A DNA stretch of 13,433 nt, taken from the NCBI GenBank assembly GCA_038128265.1, contig JAYPJE010000087.1, positions 1-13,433 of the forward strand, written 5' to 3'. How positions within the stretch are numbered: the stretch's first letter is position 1; every line of letters starts with the position of its first letter. Position numbers and translations under genes: made by a program. This DNA is from Gemmatimonadota bacterium. Lineage in GTDB: Bacteria; Latescibacterota; UBA2968; UBA8231. Below, one piece after another: positions 6,489-13,433 of this stretch. The notes under the pieces are model-generated. The model ran no database searches and was not told the origin of the DNA. It saw only the letters and a program-made list of their open reading frames with translations.

Positions 6489-7781
6489 CTAGTGCGCGCC
6501 TTGTGCACGCTGCAGCCATACCCGCACGCGCGCGGCTGGAGGCAGGTGGATCGGGTCGGTGGTAGCGGCCATGCGCGCGCGTATCTCGTGCTCGTCCAGC
6601 TGCCCAAGCGCCTGCAGCGAATGGATGCCTGCACGCCATAGGGCATTGCCGCTGTCAACGCCGATACCCTCGTGTAGATAGAGCGTTACTACGCGCTCTA
6701 AATGCGCGTATTCTTCGTCGCTCAACGCGTTTTCTAACGCGCGCCAGTGCCGCTGTCCGCGCCATCCCTGCAGGTCGGTCAGGTAGCGTATATCGAGCGC
6801 TGCCAATGCAACCCTTGTGTTGGGTTCGATGGCAACGGTGTCTGCAACGGCAGGGGTTAGCGAACCGGTTGATAGATACTCGAAGCGGTCGATGACCAGC
6901 ATGCTTGCGCACGCGGCAATGAGCGCTGCGTTGCGCACGGCTCGCGAATGCGGATCTGCGCGCTGTTGGCTGTAGTCGCCTAGCGGTGGCGCTAGGTGTT
7001 GGTATACTAGCCAGCGGTAGAACACGACGCACTCCAATGCGAAAGGTGGGAAGCCCAGAAAACCGAGCAGCGGCATCTCAAAGAGCTTGAGCTCATCGAA
7101 AAAGGGCACGGTATAAACCCACTTAGCGCGCGCCCAGTAGTTGAGCGCTTCCCACAGCAGACCGGCGATCAGTCCGGCCAGCAGAGTGCGCAGCAGCGGG
7201 CCCCATTCGCCGCGCTCCCACTGGCGCAGCAGGCCGTCGACGCCGCGTCGGTAGTGAATCGGCGCCAGCAGCAGGGCCACGGCGCCCCAGATTAGGGGAA
7301 AGAAATAGCGCGGCCACAGCAGAGGCAGGGCCAAAAACAGTACGCCGAGCAACTGCAGGCCGTACAGAGCGACCGGGGAAAAGCGCAGCCTATATCCCTG
7401 TGCGCGTTTGGCTACGCCGCGCAGGCGCAGATAGTATTCGATCCACAGGATACCGGGAAATACAGTAGCGAAAGAGAGAATGCCAAACACCGTGCGCAGC
7501 GCGGCGTGGTCTACCACAAAGATGTAGTACCAGTTTTGCAGGCGGAAGTTGATCAGCTCGAAAAAATACCAAAAAGCCGCCGACCACAGCATCATCGACG
7601 CAAAGCCGCCGAGGCCGCAGCGCGCGATGAGCGATCGGCCTTCACGCCGGCGGATAAGCTGGTCGAAGAAAAAGATCAAGCCGCCCCACGCGCACAGGTA
7701 AAAGGACGTGGCAAAGGGCTCGACCTTCAGCGCGTTGAGGGCAAAGGTGCAGGCTATGAACAGCGGGCCGAGATATACCAT
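6489..7781 (-). CDS. Integral membrane protein of unknown function with internal duplication and C-terminal DUF4332-like (helix-hairpin-helix-like) domain, 430 aa
   Basis: About 8-9 hydrophobic segments in residues 1-300. Repeated motif FELINFRLQNWYY / WEALNYWARAKWVY, then LFEMPLLGFLGFPPFALE. The soluble tail GIGVDSGNALWRAGIHSLQALGQLD...PPAARVRVWLQRA matches the recalled DUF4332 pattern. Fills the gap between neighbours with 15-17 nt spacers. Confidence 0.8.
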   Translation of the reverse strand: MVYLGPLFIACTFALNALKVEPFATSFYLCAWGGLIFFFDQLIRRREGRSLIARCGLGGFASMMLWSAAFWYFFELINFRLQNWYYIFVVDHAALRTVFGILSFATVFPGILWIEYYLRLRGVAKRAQGYRLRFSPVALYGLQLLGVLFLALPLLWPRYFFPLIWGAVALLLAPIHYRRGVDGLLRQWERGEWGPLLRTLLAGLIAGLLWEALNYWARAKWVYTVPFFDELKLFEMPLLGFLGFPPFALECVVFYRWLVYQHLAPPLGDYSQQRADPHSRAVRNAALIAACASMLVIDRFEYLSTGSLTPAVADTVAIEPNTRVALAALDIRYLTDLQGWRGQRHWRALENALSDEEYAHLERVVTLYLHEGIGVDSGNALWRAGIHSLQALGQLDEHEIRARMAATTDPIHLPPAARVRVWLQRAQGAH

Positions 7782-7798
7782 GCGAAAAAGGGGGCAGC

Positions 7799-9640
7799 TC
7801 AGCGCAGAGGGCCGCGCCCGGAGCTGCCGTCTGTAATGGGCATAGGCGCCGAAAGGGCCATCAGGTCTTCCACGTCAAACGCGCTCAGCAGGCCAAAGCA
7901 AAACAGCGACGGTGCCGTCGCATAGGGCGTGGGCCATTGGACTAAGCGGGCAAGCGAGTCGAGCATATTAAACGTCTGCAGCGCGCCGGCTACCTTGGGT
8001 TGCAGTGCGCAGGCGATGAGTGCTGCCGTAGAGGTGACCTGGCCGCGTGCGACGAGGTGGGGTGTGCCATGGCGACGGTCAGCCCACTGCGCCAGCGCTA
8101 GCAGGTGGCCTACCTGCAGTCCCAGGGGGCGTAGCCCAGCGGCGGCCACCAACATTTGGTGCTGCCAGCCGACGGCCAGTTCGCCGGTGCCAAAGACGTC
8201 GGCCACGAGCGCGCGCCGCCCTGCGCTAAGTGCGGCCTGCACGGACGCTTCGCAGCTGCTGCGCCCTGCGTCGGCGACGATCAGATCGGTGCCCCGTGCG
8301 CGCGGCGGCGCGAACTCTGTTACGGGTAACGTCCACTGCTCGTCTAGGTGCAGCGCATAGTAGCGCACGGTGTGCGTCTTGCGCTTGCGCTGTGCGCCGA
8401 TGGCCTTGGCCCGCACGGCATGCCATTTGGGGAGAGCTACCAGCGCGGACAGGTGCTTGCGCGCGGCGGCTGGTGTGCGATGCGCTGGACGCGCAGCACG
8501 TGCCTTTATCAGGGCGTCCTGCGCCAGCGAGTAGAGCGTCGCGTTGTCGGAGGGCAAGCCGACGTTGAGCTCCCTTTCGCTGCGCAGCTCGTCGCGCCAG
8601 GGCAAATCGTCCGGTGGCCCGTTCAGCCCAAAGTGCTCTTTGAGGAAGCCGTAGAGCTGGCGGCGATTGTCTGCCTCGTAGTTATGCGTACCGGGCTCGG
8701 CGTTGTCGTAGAGCGCCAGCGCGTCGCCGGCGCCCAGCGCCGAGAACACGCTGCGCGCCGGCAGAAATATGGAGCGCCGCGCGCGCTTTGTCTGAAAGCA
8801 GCAATCGTCGTGGCGGTTGTAAATGAGCAGGGTGGGACGCGGCGCGTAGAGGCCGGTCAGCACGTCGTAGTCGGCTACCGATGCCATGTCGGATGGGCAC
8901 TGCTCCAGGTCGCCGATGTCCTCAATGCAGGTGCGGCGCTGCCACAGGGCCGAGTAGCCGGCCACCGGCACGATGGCGCGCACGCGCTCGTCCAATGCCG
9001 AGAGAATGGCCGTCTGCCAGCCGCCGCCCGACAGTCCGGTCATCGCCACGCGTTCGCCGTCGGCGTGGGGGTGGGCCAGCAGCACGTCGAGTGCCCGCTT
9101 CATGACCAAGTAAAACACGCCGATGCCGGCCGTGCCGCACAGGTCGAGGGCGCCGATGCGGTTGTGGTCCAAGTCGGCGCGCAGCTCGCCCATGCCGATA
9201 AACTCGCTGTTGAGCGCTAGGACGCCGCGCTTGGCCAAGTTGATGCAGCGCGCCTGCTTGTAGTCCATCGCCTTGCCGCCCATGTGGTGGCCGTTGGGGT
9301 TGAGCACGACCGGCACGCGCCCGCGCAGCGGCGTTGGCTCGTAGAGCAGTGCGGGTATCCACATGCCCGGATAGCCCTCGTAGCGCAGCTTGCGAATGCG
9401 GTAGCCTCCATCGGTCTCGATCACGTCGCCCCATACAACGCGCGGTTTCTCACCCAATAGGCCCTCGGCGTGGCCGCGAAAAAACAGCGCGAGCATCTGC
9501 TGACGCACGCGTTCGGCGCGGCGCTGCCAGGTGCGTGCCGATGCGGGCTCTTGAAGCTTGGGTAGGTGCGCTTCGAGCAGGCTCTGCAGCTGGCGCGCGG
9601 GCGCTTTTCCAAGCAGGCGGCGGTTGAGCTCGGTGCGCAT
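7799..9640 (-). CDS. Alpha/beta hydrolase (acetylxylan-esterase / dienelactone-hydrolase-like), two-domain, 613 aa
   Basis: PVVLNPNGH, nucleophile elbow MTGLSGGG (GLSGGG at 9020-9037), APRPTLLI, candidate acid in HDDCCF, candidate His in GTHNY. No obvious signal peptide. Start overlaps the upstream stop (TAATG). Confidence 0.88.
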   Translation of the reverse strand: MRTELNRRLLGKAPARQLQSLLEAHLPKLQEPASARTWQRRAERVRQQMLALFFRGHAEGLLGEKPRVVWGDVIETDGGYRIRKLRYEGYPGMWIPALLYEPTPLRGRVPVVLNPNGHHMGGKAMDYKQARCINLAKRGVLALNSEFIGMGELRADLDHNRIGALDLCGTAGIGVFYLVMKRALDVLLAHPHADGERVAMTGLSGGGWQTAILSALDERVRAIVPVAGYSALWQRRTCIEDIGDLEQCPSDMASVADYDVLTGLYAPRPTLLIYNRHDDCCFQTKRARRSIFLPARSVFSALGAGDALALYDNAEPGTHNYEADNRRQLYGFLKEHFGLNGPPDDLPWRDELRSERELNVGLPSDNATLYSLAQDALIKARAARPAHRTPAAARKHLSALVALPKWHAVRAKAIGAQRKRKTHTVRYYALHLDEQWTLPVTEFAPPRARGTDLIVADAGRSSCEASVQAALSAGRRALVADVFGTGELAVGWQHQMLVAAAGLRPLGLQVGHLLALAQWADRRHGTPHLVARGQVTSTAALIACALQPKVAGALQTFNMLDSLARLVQWPTPYATAPSLFCFGLLSAFDVEDLMALSAPMPITDGSSGRGPLR

Positions 9641-10422
9641 TAGATGGAATCTCCTATAGACACATCCGCAGTGATAAAGTAGTGGTCGCTGGGGTAGCGC
9701 CCATCGCGGTGTGTATCGATGATCTGCGCGTCGACCACTTGCACGGTGCCGCGGCAGAACACCCAGTCCATTTTGCCAATCTCGCTCTCGTATGACGGCC
9801 CTTTAAAGGCGTGATAGGTATGTCCGGGATCGTCGGGGCCGTGCATAGTCGCATAGGTATCGCGCCAGCCGCCCTGGAGAAACGTTTGGATGGCTTCATT
9901 CTGCACATCGCAGTTCATATCGCCCGTCAGCAACTGCGGGTAGTCGGCTGCGTAGGCGGCGGCGTCTTCGCAGATCAGACGCGCGCCGTTGGCGCGCGCC
10001 GGCTGGCTAATGTGGTCGAGGTGCGTGTTGACGATGCGAAACTCGCGCCCCGAGCTGCGCTCCTTGAGGCGCAGCCAGTTGGCCAGGCGCACGCAGGCGC
10101 TATCCCACGAGCTCGAGCCGCTGATATGCGGCGTTTGCGAAAGCCAGAAACCGCCCGGTGAAACTAGGTCAAAGCGGTCGCGCCGATAAAAAATGGCATT
10201 GGTTGGCCGATCGGTCGCCGCTTCGTCGGCTAGGCCAAAATGCGCGTACTCTGGCAGGGCGTGCTGCGCATACTGACACTGCTGCATCCATAGCTCCTGA
10301 AAGCAGACGACATCGGCGTGCAGCGCGCGGATGGTGTTGAGGGCATATTCCTTGCGCAGCTCCCAGTGGTCGGGTCCATCGTTGGCGGGGAAGCAGCGGA
10401 TATTACAGGTGGCGACGCGCAT
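9640..10422 (-). CDS. Endonuclease/exonuclease/phosphatase (EEP) family protein, 260 aa
   Basis: EEP motifs ATCNIR, DVVCFQE, NTHLDH, LTGDMN, MDWVF, YPSDH. Start set at ATG 10422 (MRVATCNIR) with GGAGG SD at 10432-10436, instead of 10443. Confidence 0.93.
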   Translation of the reverse strand: MRVATCNIRCFPANDGPDHWELRKEYALNTIRALHADVVCFQELWMQQCQYAQHALPEYAHFGLADEAATDRPTNAIFYRRDRFDLVSPGGFWLSQTPHISGSSSWDSACVRLANWLRLKERSSGREFRIVNTHLDHISQPARANGARLICEDAAAYAADYPQLLTGDMNCDVQNEAIQTFLQGGWRDTYATMHGPDDPGHTYHAFKGPSYESEIGKMDWVFCRGTVQVVDAQIIDTHRDGRYPSDHYFITADVSIGDSI

Positions 10423-10452
10423 GGGGATTGCCCTCCATTGCATGGACGATCT

Positions 10453-10469
10453 ATGTTAAGTGCTATGGT
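10453..10469. promoter_or_regulatory. Candidate overlapping divergent promoters
   Basis: Within the divergent spacer: plus-strand extended -10 TGcTATGGT (10461-10469) and minus-strand TAACAT (10453-10458). No convincing -35 for either. Confidence 0.35.
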
Positions 10470-10527
10470 TGAATCTGCGAGTAGGGACGGTACTACGGGT
10501 GCTGTCGGCGCGCAAGGGCTAGGCTCT

Positions 10528-11604
10528 ATGCGGCTCTTTATTACGACCAACCCCGGCCTAGAAGACGTTGTCGTCGAGGAGCTATTGGCGCGTGCGCAGG
10601 CAGCCGACCTCGGGCCTATTGTGGCTCAGCCCAAACCCTTTGGCTTTGGCGGCCAGGTGTGGGTTGAAGGCGGCCAGCGTGCTGCCCTGTGCGAGGTGGC
10701 CATGCAGCTGCGCTCGGTGCACCACGTATTCGAGCCGCTGCACCGATTTGACGTGCCCTTGGACGGTGCGCTGCAGCACATAGAGGCAGAGGTCGAACAG
10801 CTCGACATTGCCGAGATGAAAGCGGCCAAGACCTTCCGCGTGACGAGCCGGCGCAGCGGCCGGCACGACTTTGGCAGCATGGACGTGCAGCGCCGTGCTG
10901 GTGCCGCGCTGTGGCGCCGCTACGGCACGGCGGTGGATTTAGAAAACTTTGATGTCAACGTGCGCGTCGATGTATTTGAAAACGTGTGTATAGTCAGCTA
11001 CCAGCGCACGCAGCGGTCGCTCAGCAAGCGCTTTCAGCGCCGCTTTCAGCCGCGCGTTGCGCTCAAGGCTTCGGTGGCGTATGCCCTGCTGCACGTAGCG
11101 GGCATTCAGGCACAAGAGCGAGCCGAGTTGCTCGATCCGTTCTGCGGCTCGGGCACCATTCTCTTTGAGGCGGCCGAAGTATTTCCCAACCTAGCGCTGT
11201 ACGGCAGCGATATAGATCATCACGTTATTGACGGGGCGCGCGAAAACGCCCGTGCCTTGGGGTGTGCGGAACGCATGGTGCTGCAGCAGGGCGATGCGCG
11301 CGAACTCGACGCGGTCTTTCCCGATCGACGTTTTGATTATATCGTCACCAATCCACCCTATGGCGTGCGCTTTGGTCAGCACCTCAACTTTGAGCGCTTT
11401 TACACGCGGGTGTTGCAGCAGGTTTGGTATCGCCTGAAGACGGCTGGTCGCTTGGTAATCATTGCTTGGAAGTACCGCGAGTTAGCACGCGCCATAAGAC
11501 TGACGGGACTTTTTCGCATTCGACTGGAGCGCGCCGTCGAAATGGGCGGTTTGCATCCGCATATATTCGTGCTGGATCGAATGGACCGGGAGGAGAAAAC
11601 GTGA
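10528..11604 (+). CDS. trmN: THUMP-domain tRNA guanine-N2 methyltransferase, TrmN/Trm14 (m2G6) type, 358 aa
   Basis: N-terminus MRLFITTNPGLEDVVVEEL, THUMP segment TFRVTSRRSGRHDFGSMDVQRRAGAAL, SLSKR, SAM motif LDPFCGSGT, NPPYG, C-terminal VEMGGLHPHIFVL. These segments resemble Thermus TrmN and archaeal Trm14 as I recall them, and the long insert that follows motif I in RlmL is lacking. Start set at ATG 10528 because the ORF-track start overlaps the divergent EEP gene. Confidence 0.8.
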   Translation: MRLFITTNPGLEDVVVEELLARAQAADLGPIVAQPKPFGFGGQVWVEGGQRAALCEVAMQLRSVHHVFEPLHRFDVPLDGALQHIEAEVEQLDIAEMKAAKTFRVTSRRSGRHDFGSMDVQRRAGAALWRRYGTAVDLENFDVNVRVDVFENVCIVSYQRTQRSLSKRFQRRFQPRVALKASVAYALLHVAGIQAQERAELLDPFCGSGTILFEAAEVFPNLALYGSDIDHHVIDGARENARALGCAERMVLQQGDARELDAVFPDRRFDYIVTNPPYGVRFGQHLNFERFYTRVLQQVWYRLKTAGRLVIIAWKYRELARAIRLTGLFRIRLERAVEMGGLHPHIFVLDRMDREEKT

Positions 11605-12158
11605 CCAGGCTCTATCTGATTCGCCATGGCGAAGTGTATAATCCGCAGGGCATTATCTACGGCCGCCTGCCTGGATTTGGTCTCAGCGAGCGCGGCCGTC
11701 GTCAGCTTATAGAGGCCGCCGATGCGCTGGGTGAGGTGCCGCCCGCTGTGCTCTATGCCTCGCCCATGCAGCGGGCGCAGGAATCGGCCGCTATACTAGC
11801 CGAGCGCTTTTCCCTCCCCGTGCGAACAGACGAGCGCATTATCGAGACGAGCATAGGTACCTTCCAAGGTCGGCGCTTTGAAGAGTTGCCCAAGCCCTAC
11901 ATTACCGAAGAGGGCGCCCACCCGGAGCTGGAAAGTGCTGCCTCTATGCGCGCGCGCTTTGTGAGCTGGGTAGAAGACGTGCGCAGTCGCCATACCGGCG
12001 AAGTCGTTGCCGCCGTATCGCATCGCGATCCGATTATCGTTGCGCTGCTGCACTGGCAAAATCGCTCGCTCGACGCGCTGCCCGACTTTGACCTCGAACC
12101 GGGTGCCGTGTATGCGGTAGATTTTTCTGACGTGGTTGCGGTCCGTGCCCTGGTCTGA
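11601..12158 (+). CDS. Histidine phosphatase superfamily (phosphoglycerate-mutase-like) protein, 185 aa
   Basis: GTG start at 11601 with GGAGGAG SD (11589-11595), overlapping the upstream TGA (GTGA). Motifs LIRHGE, ASPMQRAQES, RIIE, VSH. Confidence 0.92.
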   Translation: MTRLYLIRHGEVYNPQGIIYGRLPGFGLSERGRRQLIEAADALGEVPPAVLYASPMQRAQESAAILAERFSLPVRTDERIIETSIGTFQGRRFEELPKPYITEEGAHPELESAASMRARFVSWVEDVRSRHTGEVVAAVSHRDPIIVALLHWQNRSLDALPDFDLEPGAVYAVDFSDVVAVRALV

Positions 12159-13433
12159 GCGAGGAGTTCTTATTGGCATTGTGCTGGCCGCGGCCGGCGT
12201 GCGCTTGCTCGGAGCTAGTTACGGCGTGCAGCATCCGGACGAATATAGCTTTGCCCATTTTCCACTTAACTTTTATAGCCTCGACTTCAACCCCCATTTC
12301 TTTACGTATCCCACCTTTCACTACTATGTGCTTGCCGTCCTATTTGCTCTTGTATTTATAGCGCAGTATCTCTTTGGCAGCGGTCTAGTGCTGGAGCATT
12401 TCATTGCGCTGCACTACCTGTATGAACCCCAGTATTTAGTCTACTGGGCGCGGTTGCTCAGCGTTGCCTATGGCACGGGCTGCGTCCTATTGGGTGCCCA
12501 TCTAGCTGGGGCGCTCTACGGATCCCGTGCGCGGCTGCCTGCCGCTGGGCTACTGGCCGTTTGCACGGTGCAAGTGCGGCAGAGCGCTCTGGCCGGAGTC
12601 GACACGGCGGCGCTGTTTTTCTTTGCGGCCGCGCTGTGTGCGTCGGTGCGCCTGCTGCACTGCGACGATCTGCGCAGCTACCTTTTTTCTGGCCTGCTAG
12701 TTGGCGCGGCCGCCGCCTGCAAATATCCGGCGGGCCTCGTCGGCAGCGCCGTTCTCGCGGCGCACCTGCTGGCGCGTCGGCCTCTGTTCGACGTTCGTCC
12801 GTGGCTAGCTGCGGCAATTTCCTTGGCGACCTTTTTCATCCTTTCGCCCTACGTGCTGCTCGATTTTCACACCTTTGCCGCGCATTTTACCGCTCAGTTT
12901 TCCCAGCTAGGCAGCGGGCGCGGCGGCGACGTGGGCAGGGGCTGGTGGCATCATATGGCGTTTAGCTTGCCGGCAGATAGCGGCTGGTTGGCACTGGCTG
13001 CGCTAGCGTTGGCCGCCGCACTGGCAGTCAAGGAGCGCCGTGCCGCCGTGCTGGTTGCGCTGGCCACCTTCTTTGTTTACTACGCCGTTATGGGATACGG
13101 GCGCACGGTCTTTGTTCGCTATGCGCTGCCGCTGATGTTTATCCAAGCCATTTGCGTTGCGGGCACAGTATCCGTGTTGGCTGTTGGCCGTTGGCGCACC
13201 ATCGCAACCGTGGTCCTTTTGGCCCAGCCGCTCTACGCAACGTCGCAGCAGGCGCGTCTGCTGGCCGCTGACGATACGCGCGAGCAGGCTAGGCAGTGGA
13301 TTGAAGAGCATATTCCACCCGGAGAGACCATTGCTAACTTTGGCGGCTGGGCGGGCGACGTGCCGGTGCGCACCTACGAAAGTCTGTGGTGGCGCCTTTT
13401 GTACTACGAGCGCGCTTTTGGTCGCGCTGCCCT
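12145..13433 (+). CDS. GT-C fold membrane glycosyltransferase (ArnT/PMT-like, GT39/GT83-like), 3' end beyond window
   Basis: Not in ORF track (no stop in window). Frame opens after TAG 12118-12120. Translation: (M)PWSERGVLIGIVLAAAGVRLLGASYGVQHPDE...DFNPHFFTYPT...WARLLSVAYG...AGVD...GAAAACKYP...SPYVLLDF...FVRYALPL...DTREQARQWIEEHIPPG. The DE pair after TM1, AR, KY and RY motifs and many TM helices are typical of GT-C. Start uncertain (TTG 12136, GTG 12145 or GTG 12181). Confidence 0.88.
   Translation, partial: MPWSERGVLIGIVLAAAGVRLLGASYGVQHPDEYSFAHFPLNFYSLDFNPHFFTYPTFHYYVLAVLFALVFIAQYLFGSGLVLEHFIALHYLYEPQYLVYWARLLSVAYGTGCVLLGAHLAGALYGSRARLPAAGLLAVCTVQVRQSALAGVDTAALFFFAAALCASVRLLHCDDLRSYLFSGLLVGAAAACKYPAGLVGSAVLAAHLLARRPLFDVRPWLAAAISLATFFILSPYVLLDFHTFAAHFTAQFSQLGSGRGGDVGRGWWHHMAFSLPADSGWLALAALALAAALAVKERRAAVLVALATFFVYYAVMGYGRTVFVRYALPLMFIQAICVAGTVSVLAVGRWRTIATVVLLAQPLYATSQQARLLAADDTREQARQWIEEHIPPGETIANFGGWAGDVPVRTYESLWWRLLYYERAFGRAA

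Noticed and set aside
33..10340. Many long plus-strand ORFs (e.g. 1991-2794, 3615-4670, 5238-5726, 8348-9220) and alternative-frame minus ORFs
   Set aside because: They are shadows of well-supported minus-strand genes, are Arg/Ala/Gly-rich with no recognisable motifs, and are expected in high-GC DNA.
10318..10527. N-terminal extension of the methyltransferase in the ORF track
   Set aside because: It overlaps the divergent EEP gene, and family similarity begins at ATG 10528.
11424..11600. N-terminal extension of the histidine phosphatase in the ORF track
   Set aside because: It lies inside the methyltransferase CDS. GTG 11601 has a strong SD and places RHG near the N-terminus, as is typical.
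12230..12450. AT/T-rich patch suggesting foreign DNA or a non-coding element
   Set aside because: It is in-frame coding sequence of the GT-C gene, rich in Phe/Tyr/Leu/Ile codons.
12173..13311. Short ORFs in the track at the right end (12173-12361, 12458-12817, 12561-12965, 13003-13311)
   Set aside because: All overlap the single long open frame encoding the GT-C protein.
1..13433. Prophage, integrase, transposase, CRISPR array, defence system or recoded (Sec/Pyl, frameshift) gene
   Set aside because: No regularly spaced repeats, no recombinase or nuclease-defence motifs (the EEP protein is a stand-alone metabolic type), and the recognised CDSs show no internal stops or frame breaks.

Overview
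GC-rich (roughly 60-65% by eye), gene-dense bacterial chromosomal segment. I see no mobile element, CRISPR array or rRNA. It is organised as two divergent blocks separated by a ~105-bp spacer (10423-10527). The minus-strand block, in transcription order, is: EEP-family phosphoesterase, two-domain alpha/beta hydrolase, repeat-containing membrane protein with a DUF4332-like tail, UbiD-family decarboxylase, amidase-signature enzyme, tRNA-Glu(UUC) with its own sigma70 promoter and terminator, aldo/keto reductase, and a xanthine-dehydrogenase-family molybdopterin large subunit (runs off the left edge; absent from the ORF track). The plus-strand block is: TrmN/Trm14-like THUMP tRNA methyltransferase, histidine phosphatase, and a GT-C (ArnT/PMT-like) membrane glycosyltransferase (runs off the right edge; absent from the ORF track). 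Most of this looks like ordinary metabolic content, and I cannot demonstrate a new system from sequence alone. The best leads are the internally duplicated membrane protein sitting ahead of UbiD and the amidase, an apparently leaderless ubiD start, the TrmN-type enzyme, and a palindrome whose 14-nt segment recurs upstream of a second gene. Family calls rest on recalled motifs, not database searches.
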